DNA from: Myxococcota bacterium
GTDB lineage: Bacteria > Myxococcota_A > Polyangia > Nannocystales > Nannocystaceae
Length of the DNA stretch: 64,000 bases
Direction of reading: 5' to 3'
Assembly (NCBI GenBank): GCA_039194325.1
Contig: JBCCWC010000001.1
Coordinates: forward strand, 32,001-96,000
The translations under genes were made by a program, and so were the position numbers. This document shows positions 9,764 to 20,955 of the stretch, in pieces; within the stretch, counting starts at the first letter, position 1, and each line of letters opens with the position of its first letter. The notes beneath the pieces were generated by a model. That model was not told the origin of the DNA, made no database searches, and worked only from the letters and a program-made list of their open reading frames with translations.

Positions 9764-12700
9764 ATGGCTTCGGACTCGCCCGGCTCGACCGACAGCACGC
9801 TCATCGCGGAGGACATCGACCTCGTCAAGCCTCGCGATCCGCGGCTCGGCGATCGGGTCGCCAATCGCTTCACGCTGGTGGCCATGCTGGGCGCAGGCGC
9901 CCACGGGGTGGTCTACGAGGCGGAGGACGAGTCGAGCGGTCGGCCGGTGGCCCTCAAGATGCTCTCCCGGCTCGACCCGGACGAGCTCTACCGCTTCAAG
10001 CGGGAATTCCGGGTGCTGGCCGACGTCTCCGACGAAAACCTGGTGCACCTGCACGAGCTGTTCGTCGACGAGGCGGGCGCGTTCTTCACCATGGAGCTGA
10101 TCCGGGGCACGGACTTCCTGTCGTACACCCGGGGCAACGGCGCGGGGCAGCTGGACGAAGCCCGCCTGCGCGACGCGCTGCGACAACTGTGCCAGGGCCT
10201 CGAAGCGCTGCACGGCTTCGGCCGCCTCCACCGCGATCTCAAGCCTTCCAACGTGCTGGTGAACGAGGAGGGCCACGTGTCGGTGGCCGACTTCGGCCTG
10301 GCCGAGGAGCTCCGGGTGGCGGCCATCGAGCGGGCGTTGGTGGGCACACCCGCGTATATGTCGCCCGAGCAAGCGGCGGGCATGGAGCTGACCCCCGCGA
10401 GCGACTGGTACAGCGTGGGCGTGATGCTCTACGAGGCGCTCACCGGGCGCCTTCCCTTCGCGGGCTCGTTCGGCACCCAGATGCTGCTGGCCAAGCAAGG
10501 GCCCGAGCCACCCCCCCCCTCGTCGATGGTCGACGACCTGCCCGGAGATCTCGACGCGCTGTGCTGTGCGCTGCTACGGCGAGAGCCCGACGAGCGACCC
10601 GACGGGCCCCAGATCCTGGGACAGCTGGGTCGACCAGCGACCGCCGCCTGGTCCCGACCAAACATCTCGTCGGTCACGGGACGAGACACCGAGCTGACCA
10701 GCCTCCACGAGGGGTTCGTTCACACCTGCACCGGCGAGCCCGGGCAAGCGGCGGCGTTGCTGCTGCACGGCCGCTCGGGCATGGGCAAGACCACCGTGCT
10801 CGATGCGTTCGTGGACGAGCTGGGCGAGGCGGCCCTGGTGCTGCGAGGACGCTGCTACGAGCGAGAGTCGCTGCCCTACAAGGGGCTCGACGCGATGGTC
10901 GACGAGCTACGAGGACACCTCAACCGCGACCGCGCCGGGCTCGCCCCGGTGGCCGGGGCGACCTCGCTGGCCCAGCTTTTCCCCGTGCTCGGCGACGTCA
11001 AGGGGATCGGTGACGTCCGCCACGAGCTCCCCGAAGATCCGGTGGAGCGCCGACGTCAGGCCGTGGCCGCGCTGAGCGAAGTGCTGACCCAGCTGATCCA
11101 GCGGCGACCGCTGGTGCTGATGCTCGACGATCTTCAGTGGTGCGATGCCGACACAGTGGCGATCCTGGTGGCCCTGCTGCGACCGCGGTCCCGCCCCGGC
11201 CTGCTGCTGGTCGGGAGCTACCGCGACGAAGATCTGGGGAGAGCCTCGCCGCTCGTGGGGCTCAAAGCCGAGCTCGAGCGACTGAGCGGTGAGTTTCGCT
11301 ACGAGACGATCGCGGTGGAGGCCCTGCCCCCGCCGGCCGCCCGTGAGCTGGCGCTCCAGCTGCTGGGCGAGCGAGACGACGCTGAAGCGATGGCGAACGC
11401 GATCGCAAGTGAGGCCGAAGGGAGCCCGCTGTTCATCACCGAGCTCGCGCGCTCGATCAGCGCCGGCCGCAGCCTGGCCGAAGACCGAGCCCTCACCCTC
11501 GACGACGTGATCCGCGACCGGGCCACCGAGCTACCCACGGGCGCCCGAGCGCTGCTGGAGATGTGCGTGCTGGTGGCGGGGCCGATCCACCAGGCGCTGC
11601 TGGCCGAGGCGGCGGAGGTCGAAGACGCGACCGAGATGCTGGCGCTGCTGCGCAGCCGCAGCTTCGTGCGCACCGGCGGCCCGCGCCCCGAGGACCCGGT
11701 CGAGCCCTTCCACGACAGGATCCGCACCGCAATGGCCGGAGGCCTCGACGCCGAGCGCCGCCGCAAGGGCCACGCCCGCCTGGCCGAGGTGCTGGGACGA
11801 GCCCACGTCGACCCCGAGACGGTCGCCGACCACCTGCTGGGGGCGGGCCAGCCTCAGCGCGCCGGAGAGTACGTCGCCCGTGCGGCCGGGGCCGCAGCCG
11901 ACGCCCTGGCCTTCGAACGAGCCGCCCGGCTGTACGCGCTGGCCCTCGAGCTGGTCCCCGGCCTCTGGGCCTCGCAGCCGCGCTGGCGACAAGCCCGGGC
12001 CGAGGCCCTCGCCCACGCCGGCCGCAGCGCCGAGTCGGCCGCGGCCTATCGCGAAGCCTGCCGCTACGCTCCGCCCGAGCAGGTGGTGCCGCTGCGACGC
12101 AATGCGGCCGAGCAGTTCCTGCGCAGCGGTCGGATCGACGAGGGCACCCGTGAGCTACTGGAGGTCTTCGAAGCGCTGGGGGTGTGGCATCCACCCGATC
12201 CTCGACTCGCCCTCGCCGGCTTCTTGTGGGAGCGGGCCCGGATCCGTCTGCGGGGCACCGAGTTCAAAGAACGCCCCGAGTCGGAGGTGGATCCCCACCG
12301 ACTGCTGCGGATCGACACCATCTGGACTGCCGCCACCGGCCTTCAGCAGTCCAATGTGATCGTGGGGCAGTACTTCCAGGCCCAGCACCTGCTGCTGGCG
12401 CTCGAAGCCGGCGAGCCCCATCGGGTGGCTCGCGCGCTCGGAGTCGAGGCGATCTACGCGGCCACCTCGGGCACCGAGGGAGCTGCCCAAGTCGATGAAC
12501 TGGTCGAGCGCGTGCTCGGCCTGGCCCGGCGCCTGAACGACCCGCGGGCCCAGGCGATGGCGCATCTGGCCGCGGGCACCGCCGACCTCTACCGTGGCCG
12601 CTTCGTCAGCGCACGGCCCCACCTTCTGCAGGCCGAAGATCTGATGCGCTCGCAGTGCACCAACGTGGCGTGGGAGCTGTCGATGACGCACACCTTCCTG

Positions 12701-13462
12701 CACATGGTGCACTACCACCTGGGCGACTTCGAGGCCCTCGAGACCGCGATGAACGAGGCGCTGGAGGACGCAGCCGAGCGCGACGATCTCCACACCGCGT
12801 TGATGCTCCGCGTGGCCTTCGGCCCCATGCCGGCGCTCGCCGCCGGCGATCTCTCTCACGCACGCGCGGTGCTGGCCGAGTGCGAGGCCGACTGGCCCTC
12901 GCAGCTCAAGACCAGCACCTATAGCTACGTGCTCGTGCTGACCCAGAGCCGGATCGAACGCTACGCCCGACGTCCAGCGGCCGCCTGGCAAGCCTTCGAA
13001 GAGCACTGGCCCACCATCATCCGCTCGCTGCTGCTGACCAAGCAGCCCTTCCGCACCTTCTTGCTGCACGACCGGGCCTGCACCGCCCTGTGGCTGGCCC
13101 AGCAGTCGGGCCCGCTGCGACGGCTGGCGCTAATCCGCCAGGCCAACGCCAACGCCAAGACCTTGCTCGAGCAGGGCACACGCTGGGCGACCGCGGTCGG
13201 CCTGTCGGTCGCCGCAATGGTGAGCCAAGCCCGCGGTGAGCGAGAGCGGGCCCTCGAGCAAGCCCTACGAGCCGAACGTGGCCTACAAGAGCTGGGCATG
13301 CGGATCTACGCGGCGTGCATGAAGAAGCGCCGCGGCGAGATCATGGGGGGCAGCGCGGGCACCTCGCTCATCGAACACGCCGAGGGCGAGCTACGAAGAG
13401 CCGGGCTCGTCGCGCTCGATCCGATGACCGACATGCTGATGCCCCCCGCGCGGGGATGGTAG
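9764..13462 (+). CDS. Ser/Thr kinase fused to an AAA/STAND-type ATPase and TPR-like region
   Basis: HRDLKPSN, DFG and GTPAYMSPE kinase motifs; Walker A GRSGMGKTT; Walker B LMLDDLQW; EGSPLF motif. Confidence 0.9.
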   Translation: MASDSPGSTDSTLIAEDIDLVKPRDPRLGDRVANRFTLVAMLGAGAHGVVYEAEDESSGRPVALKMLSRLDPDELYRFKREFRVLADVSDENLVHLHELFVDEAGAFFTMELIRGTDFLSYTRGNGAGQLDEARLRDALRQLCQGLEALHGFGRLHRDLKPSNVLVNEEGHVSVADFGLAEELRVAAIERALVGTPAYMSPEQAAGMELTPASDWYSVGVMLYEALTGRLPFAGSFGTQMLLAKQGPEPPPPSSMVDDLPGDLDALCCALLRREPDERPDGPQILGQLGRPATAAWSRPNISSVTGRDTELTSLHEGFVHTCTGEPGQAAALLLHGRSGMGKTTVLDAFVDELGEAALVLRGRCYERESLPYKGLDAMVDELRGHLNRDRAGLAPVAGATSLAQLFPVLGDVKGIGDVRHELPEDPVERRRQAVAALSEVLTQLIQRRPLVLMLDDLQWCDADTVAILVALLRPRSRPGLLLVGSYRDEDLGRASPLVGLKAELERLSGEFRYETIAVEALPPPAARELALQLLGERDDAEAMANAIASEAEGSPLFITELARSISAGRSLAEDRALTLDDVIRDRATELPTGARALLEMCVLVAGPIHQALLAEAAEVEDATEMLALLRSRSFVRTGGPRPEDPVEPFHDRIRTAMAGGLDAERRRKGHARLAEVLGRAHVDPETVADHLLGAGQPQRAGEYVARAAGAAADALAFERAARLYALALELVPGLWASQPRWRQARAEALAHAGRSAESAAAYREACRYAPPEQVVPLRRNAAEQFLRSGRIDEGTRELLEVFEALGVWHPPDPRLALAGFLWERARIRLRGTEFKERPESEVDPHRLLRIDTIWTAATGLQQSNVIVGQYFQAQHLLLALEAGEPHRVARALGVEAIYAATSGTEGAAQVDELVERVLGLARRLNDPRAQAMAHLAAGTADLYRGRFVSARPHLLQAEDLMRSQCTNVAWELSMTHTFLHMVHYHLGDFEALETAMNEALEDAAERDDLHTALMLRVAFGPMPALAAGDLSHARAVLAECEADWPSQLKTSTYSYVLVLTQSRIERYARRPAAAWQAFEEHWPTIIRSLLLTKQPFRTFLLHDRACTALWLAQQSGPLRRLALIRQANANAKTLLEQGTRWATAVGLSVAAMVSQARGERERALEQALRAERGLQELGMRIYAACMKKRRGEIMGGSAGTSLIEHAEGELRRAGLVALDPMTDMLMPPARGW

Positions 13463-13744
13463 CCAGACGAGCTCTCGTAGCTCCCAGCCCCCAGCCCCGC
13501 GCCCTCAGCCACCCGCCCAGGACCGCGGCCCGTCGCGCTCGGGCGCGCGAACGGCTATCGACGCGATGACCGTGGACGACACACCTCGGGTTCCGCCCCC
13601 TTCGTAAGCCTGCCCACCGCCGCCACATCGGGTAAGACCCGATAAATTCTGGTCAATATTCTCGGGACAAGGGAGGCCCCGATCTGCACATGGGTCATGA
13701 ACGGGGCGCTCGCCCTAGCAACGTCAACGACCAGAGCAATCGCC

Positions 13745-15763
<2,019 letters not shown>

Positions 15764-15795
15764 TCGAAACCCGAGACCAGCAAGGAACCGAAGCG

Positions 15796-17112
15796 ATGGA
15801 TACGACGCGACGTAATATGCTCAAGACTGCGCTGCTGGGCTCAGGCTTCATCGGCCTACGCTCGATGGCCACCGGGATTCCCGCGGCCGTCCTGCTCTCG
15901 GGGAAGATCCCCGAGGCCCACGCCGAGGACTTCAGCTCCGAGCCGCAGTCCCTCATCCTGTTCACCTCCCAGCGCGGCGACCCCTTCAACGCCAACGTCC
16001 CCGGCTGCTACACCGGGGTCGACGGGGTCCACAACAACCCGCACCCACAGATGGCCCCCACCGACCTGATGCTCGGTGACTACAGCACCCGGGCCGCCCG
16101 GCCCTGGTCCGAGGCCCCGCAGGCGGTGCTCGACCGCACCACCTTCATCCACCACCGTACCTACCTCAACACCCACCCCGGCTACACCAAGGTCCTGGGC
16201 CTGGTGGGCTCGGCCAAGGCTCCGGGCGGTAATGGCTCGGACATGGTGGCCTCGGTGTACTCCTCCGAGCTCGCCGAGGCGCTGGGCACGATCCAGCAGG
16301 AGCCGATCTCCTTGACGACGCGGAGCGAGCTGTCGTTCCAGGGCCGCGCTCTGCAGTCGCTGCGCCCCAGCATGCTCCGCCAGATCTTCGCCCCGCGCGC
16401 CGATCTACAGCTACAGCTCCAGCAGCTGCGTGACCAGACCCTCGACGACCTGCACGAGCAACTCCGGGACGGAGGCACCCACGCCCAGAAGGTCTGGCTC
16501 GACCGCCATGCGCTATCCCGCGATCAGGTACGCTCCATCGACGAGAGCCTGCTCGAGCGCTTCACCACTCTCGACAACGACAGCGCCGACAATCAGATCC
16601 GCGCCGCGATCACCCTGATCCTGATGAAGGTCTCCCCGGTGATCGCCATCGAGATCCCCTTCGGGGGCGACAACCACGGCGACAACGACCTGAGCCAGGA
16701 GCGCGACGAGACGGTCTCGGGCGTGGCCAGCTGGCGCCTGATCTTCGAGGAGCTGACGGCGGCCGGCCTCCAAGACCAGGTCACCGTGGCCAACCTCAAC
16801 GTCTTTGGCCGCACGCTGCGAAACCAGGGCAACAACAAGGGCCGCGACCACAACCTCAACCACCACGTGATGTCGATCACCGGCAAGCACATCCGGGGCA
16901 GCGTGGCGGGCGGTATCGAGCCTTCGGGCAACGACTACGGAGCGACCAGCATCGACTCGGTCACCGGCGCGTCGGGCGGGGACATCCCCGTCGAAGAGAC
17001 CCTCGAAGCGGCCGCGCACACGCTGGGCCGAGCGCTGGGGATCGCCCAGGACCGACTCGACGAGCGGATCGCCAACGGGACCCCGATCCTGTCGTCGCTC
17101 GCCGGCGCCTAA
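15796..17112 (+). CDS. Tat-exported DUF1501/DUF1552-like protein
   Basis: Twin-arginine signal TRRNMLK; GGDNH, NVFGRTL, GRDHN and IRGSVAGG motifs. Confidence 0.75.
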   Translation: MDTTRRNMLKTALLGSGFIGLRSMATGIPAAVLLSGKIPEAHAEDFSSEPQSLILFTSQRGDPFNANVPGCYTGVDGVHNNPHPQMAPTDLMLGDYSTRAARPWSEAPQAVLDRTTFIHHRTYLNTHPGYTKVLGLVGSAKAPGGNGSDMVASVYSSELAEALGTIQQEPISLTTRSELSFQGRALQSLRPSMLRQIFAPRADLQLQLQQLRDQTLDDLHEQLRDGGTHAQKVWLDRHALSRDQVRSIDESLLERFTTLDNDSADNQIRAAITLILMKVSPVIAIEIPFGGDNHGDNDLSQERDETVSGVASWRLIFEELTAAGLQDQVTVANLNVFGRTLRNQGNNKGRDHNLNHHVMSITGKHIRGSVAGGIEPSGNDYGATSIDSVTGASGGDIPVEETLEAAAHTLGRALGIAQDRLDERIANGTPILSSLAGA

Positions 17113-17151
17113 CTCCGGGGTCGAGCGCCAGATCCAAAGAACGCTCTGATT

Positions 17152-17217
17152 CAGGGCTCGCGCGAGCCCTGGGCGAGTATTGGGATGCATGTAGGGGGCT
17201 TTGATAAAGCCCCCTAC
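17152..17217. repeat. Perfect 20-bp palindrome plus GTAG-flanked 12-bp hairpin (REP-like or terminator)
   Basis: CAGGGCTCGCGCGAGCCCTG at 17152-17171; GTAGGGGGCTTT-GAT-AAAGCCCCCTAC at 17191-17217. Confidence 0.7.
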
Positions 17218-17501
17218 CCGTGCTTGTGGCCCCATGGTCCATGACTGGGGCGCGCAGTGAACGCTGCACCCGAGGCAAGCGGATGTGACGCCACTTCGGC
17301 AAGCGTGGGCGATCTCACGAAACAAGCGATTTGCACGCTAATTCGGCCGATCGGGTCGGGGAACCGACGTGCTGCTCTGTTTCATTCGAGGACACAAATT
17401 TGAAGTATGTCCAAGTTACGTCCATATACGTATGGGTGCCCAAACAGGGTGTAAGTGAAGCCCTGACCACAATTGGGCCCGATCTTCAGGTGTTGAGAGT
17501 C

Positions 17502-17744
17502 ATGAGCGAGCCAACCGAAGGTAAGGGTTTACCCGAGTGTGGAGACCAGATCCGCGAGCAGCTCGACCGACTCCACAACGAGATCGCGCAGCTCATCGAA
17601 GAGGAAGAACGAACCCTCGATGAGGCTCGCAAGGCCCAGCTACGCTGGACGGAAGAGACGCAGGAGCAGGCCCCAGCTCGCGATCTGTTCGGCGAAGCCG
17701 ACATGCTCCTCGACCGGCTCGACACCCTGCTACTGGCGGGCTGA
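17502..17744 (+). CDS. Small acidic coiled-coil hypothetical protein
   Basis: Protein-like helical sequence from ATG 17502 with host-like codon usage. Confidence 0.6.
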   Translation: MSEPTEGKGLPECGDQIREQLDRLHNEIAQLIEEEERTLDEARKAQLRWTEETQEQAPARDLFGEADMLLDRLDTLLLAG

Positions 17745-17914
17745 GCGGTCGCTGTAGACCAAAGTTCGCGCCTGCGGAGTAACCGCAGGCGCGAATGCAA
17801 TTGATGCCTATCGAATATGGGCATCGAGACGGATCCCCATCGACGCCAAGCAACGCGCGAAGGAAGCGACCGGGTATCCTCCCCCGGCCCTTCCCGGGCA
17901 CGGATCCGCCGCCC

Positions 17915-19948
17915 ATGAACGCCGCACAGATCGAGGCGCGCCTGCACGACCTCAGCCGTGACGAGCTGGTCGAGTTGGTGACGCAGGCCAACGCCGAGTA
18001 CTGGGACGACCACACGCCGACCCTGCCCGACCCCCTCTACGACCGCTTGGTCGAGCGCCTGCGCCAGCTCGACCCCGACGCGCCGATCCTGTCGAGCATG
18101 GGGCCCAGCCAGCCCTCGGGCCCCACCATGGACGCCGACGAGGCGGCGCGCCTGCCCCCGCGTGAGCGCTTTGGGACCGCGGTGCGTCACGCCCGGCCGA
18201 TGCTCTCGCTAGACAAGGCCTACTCGGCGCAGGAGGTCCACAGCTGGGCGGCCAAGTTCGAGGGCGACATGATCGTCATGCCCAAGCTCGACGGGATCGC
18301 GTGCAGCATCCGCTACGACGACAAGGGCGCGCTGACGCTGGCGGCCACCCGCGGATCGGGCACCGAGGGCGAGGACATCACCGCCAACGTCCTGGAGATC
18401 AAAGAGATCCCCGCCCAGCTGCCCGCCGGGCACGGCCCGGTGGAGGTGCGCGGCGAGATCCACATGAAGCTGTCGGTCTTCGAGCGCTTCAAAGAGGATT
18501 TCTCCAACCCGCGCAACCTGACCGCGGGGGCGATCCGCAACAAGGATCCCGCCAAGAGCCGGGCGTTCGGGCTGAGCTTCGGGGCCTACGACCTGCTCGA
18601 GCAGGGGCTGACCTGCGAGCGCGACAAGGTCGCGCGGATGGGCGAGCTGGGCCTGCCCGCCTGCGATCACCTCTTTGTCGATCGCGAGGGGATCGCCGAG
18701 GCCTTCGAGCGTTTCTCGACCATGCGGCCCGACCTCGACTACGAGATCGACGGCGTGGTCTACCGGGCCGACCGGGTCGACGAGCAAGAGCGGCTGGGCG
18801 CCACCGCCCACCACCCGCGCTTCGCGATCGCCTTCAAGTTCCAGGGAGACACCGGGGAGACCACGCTGCTCGACGTGGACTGGGGGGTGTCGCGAACGGG
18901 CACGATCACCCCCATGGCGATCCTCCAGCCCATCGAGCTCTCCGGGGCGATGATCTCGCGGGCCGGCCTCCACAACATCACCCAGTTCCGCGCCCTGGAT
19001 CTGACCCAAGGCGCCCGCGTCGAGGTCACCCGCCGCGGCGGCGTGATCCCCCACGTGGAGCGCGTGGTGAAGGCGGGGCCCGGCAAGAAGGCCTTTGAGA
19101 TCCCGACGCAATGTCCCGCGTGCAGCTGCCCGGCCAAGACCCGGCAAAAGCGCGACGGGGAATTCCTCCAGTGCGCGCGGCCCGAACAGTGCACCGTGGC
19201 CCAGCTCCGCGAGCTGGAGCACTTCGCCAAGGTGGTCGACATCCAGGGCTTCGGCCCCAAGATCGTGACCGCGGTGGTCGATGCCGGGTACCTGGTCAGC
19301 CCGGCCGACTACTACCGCCTTCAGCTCGGCGACCTGGTCAAGCTGGAGCGGCTCGCCGAAAAGAGCGCCCAGAACCTGCTGGACCAGGTGGCCGCGCACC
19401 GTACGATCCCGCTGCCCGTGTTCCTCGAGTCGCTGGGGATCGATCACCTCGGGCCACAGAACGCCAAGCTGCTGGCGAACAACTTCACCAGCCTGGAGAA
19501 GATCCGCGCGCTGGACCAGCCGACCCTGTGCGAGGTCAAGGGCATCAAGGAGGCGATCGCCGACGCAATCATCGACGGCCTGGCCGCGCGCACGGCCATG
19601 ATCGACGAGCTGCTCAAGGAGGTCACGGTCCCCGACCAGGAAGCGGAGCCGGCCCCCGCCGAAGGCGACACCCCCGGGCCACTGGCCGGCAAGAGCTTCG
19701 TGTTCACCGGCACCCTGGAGGGCTTCGACCGCAAGAGCGCCCAGCAGCGGGTGCAGGGCCTGGGCGGCGAGACCCCCTCTGGAGTCAGCCGCGGCCTGAG
19801 CGTGCTGGTGGTGGGCGCGGGCAAGACCTCGAGCAAGAGCAGCAAGCAAAAGAAGGCCGAGAAGCTCAACGGGGAAGGCGCTACCATCGAGATCCTCAGC
19901 GAGCAGCAGTTCGTGGCGATGATGGAGGCGGCCGAGGACGCGGGCTGA
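17915..19948 (+). CDS. ligA: NAD-dependent DNA ligase
   Basis: PMLSLDK, KLDG, TRG.G..GEDIT.N, EVRGE and NPRN motifs; C4 zinc finger; HhH repeats; BRCT (GKSFVFTG). Confidence 0.97.
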   Translation: MNAAQIEARLHDLSRDELVELVTQANAEYWDDHTPTLPDPLYDRLVERLRQLDPDAPILSSMGPSQPSGPTMDADEAARLPPRERFGTAVRHARPMLSLDKAYSAQEVHSWAAKFEGDMIVMPKLDGIACSIRYDDKGALTLAATRGSGTEGEDITANVLEIKEIPAQLPAGHGPVEVRGEIHMKLSVFERFKEDFSNPRNLTAGAIRNKDPAKSRAFGLSFGAYDLLEQGLTCERDKVARMGELGLPACDHLFVDREGIAEAFERFSTMRPDLDYEIDGVVYRADRVDEQERLGATAHHPRFAIAFKFQGDTGETTLLDVDWGVSRTGTITPMAILQPIELSGAMISRAGLHNITQFRALDLTQGARVEVTRRGGVIPHVERVVKAGPGKKAFEIPTQCPACSCPAKTRQKRDGEFLQCARPEQCTVAQLRELEHFAKVVDIQGFGPKIVTAVVDAGYLVSPADYYRLQLGDLVKLERLAEKSAQNLLDQVAAHRTIPLPVFLESLGIDHLGPQNAKLLANNFTSLEKIRALDQPTLCEVKGIKEAIADAIIDGLAARTAMIDELLKEVTVPDQEAEPAPAEGDTPGPLAGKSFVFTGTLEGFDRKSAQQRVQGLGGETPSGVSRGLSVLVVGAGKTSSKSSKQKKAEKLNGEGATIEILSEQQFVAMMEAAEDAG

Positions 19949-19997
19949 ACGACGCGGGCTGAGGACGTAAACGGCCGAAAGAAAGACAGATCCGCAC

Positions 19998-20693
19998 GTG
20001 AACGAAGCACCCGACAAGCTCACCAAGGTAGTGGAGGCTCGCATGAAGCTGCGGGCCCGCTTCGAGGCCAAGATGGCCGCGACCCCCGGCATGAGCGACG
20101 AGCGCCCCATGGGCGAGGGAGCGCCCAATCGCCACGGCATGCCCAAGATCCCGCCCGGGCAGTATGTGACCAACAAGTGGCCCGTGCTCGATCTGGGCGG
20201 CAAGCCGGTCGTGCCCGAAAAGACTTGGCGGCTGGAGATCGACGGTGAGGTGGCCGCCCCGCTGTCGCTGGGCTGGGAGGATCTGATGGCCCTGCCCCAG
20301 GTGACCGAGGCCAGCGATTTCCACTGTGTGACCACGTGGTCGAAGATGGACATGACGTGGACCGGCGTGAGGCTCGGCGAGGTGCTGGCGCGGGCCCGGC
20401 CCACCGACGCGGCCGGCTTCGTGTTCTTCCACGCCTACGACGGCTACACGACCAACCTCCCGCTGGAGGAGGCGCTCAAGGACGACGTGCTGCTGGGGCA
20501 CACGGTAGAAGGCAAGCCCCTGGTGATGGAGCATGGTGGGCCGGTCCGGGTGATCACTCCACAGCTCTACGCATGGAAGGGCGCCAAGTGGATCAAGCGG
20601 ATCGAGGTCCTGCGCGAGGATCGCCTGGGCTTTTGGGAGCAACACGGGTACTCCAACTCGGCGCACCCGTGGCGCAACGATCGCTACTGCTGA
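19998..20693 (+). CDS. Molybdopterin-dependent oxidoreductase (sulfite oxidase family, YuiH-like)
   Basis: PPGQ, DFHCVTTWS, DGYTTNLPL, HGGPVR, YAWKGAKW and GFWE..GY motifs. Confidence 0.93.
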   Translation: MNEAPDKLTKVVEARMKLRARFEAKMAATPGMSDERPMGEGAPNRHGMPKIPPGQYVTNKWPVLDLGGKPVVPEKTWRLEIDGEVAAPLSLGWEDLMALPQVTEASDFHCVTTWSKMDMTWTGVRLGEVLARARPTDAAGFVFFHAYDGYTTNLPLEEALKDDVLLGHTVEGKPLVMEHGGPVRVITPQLYAWKGAKWIKRIEVLREDRLGFWEQHGYSNSAHPWRNDRYC

Positions 20694-20727
20694 GCTGACC
20701 CGGCGGCGGTCGGATCTTGGGATCTCA

Positions 20728-20925
20728 CGGTGGGCCGGCGAGCCCGTCGGCTCTGGTAGAACCCGGATCAGCTTCCGCCTCCGGGCCGAGCTGAAGCCCG
20801 TGGCCAACTTCTTCATGGGCTGGATGATGAAGCGCCAGATGGGCAAGCTGTGCGACGAGGTCTGCGAAGACCTGCGTATGTACATCGAGACCGGCCGCCC
20901 CTCGAACTCCAAGCAGGCCGCCATA
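20728..20925 (+). pseudogene. 5'-truncated SRPBCC/polyketide-cyclase family remnant
   Basis: In-frame RWAGEPVGSGRTRISF...MGWMMKRQMGKLCDEVCEDLRMYIETG resembles an SRPBCC C-terminus; no N-terminus is present. Confidence 0.5.
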
Positions 20926-20955
20926 GCCCAGCGGCCGCCTGAACGGTGGCGGACC

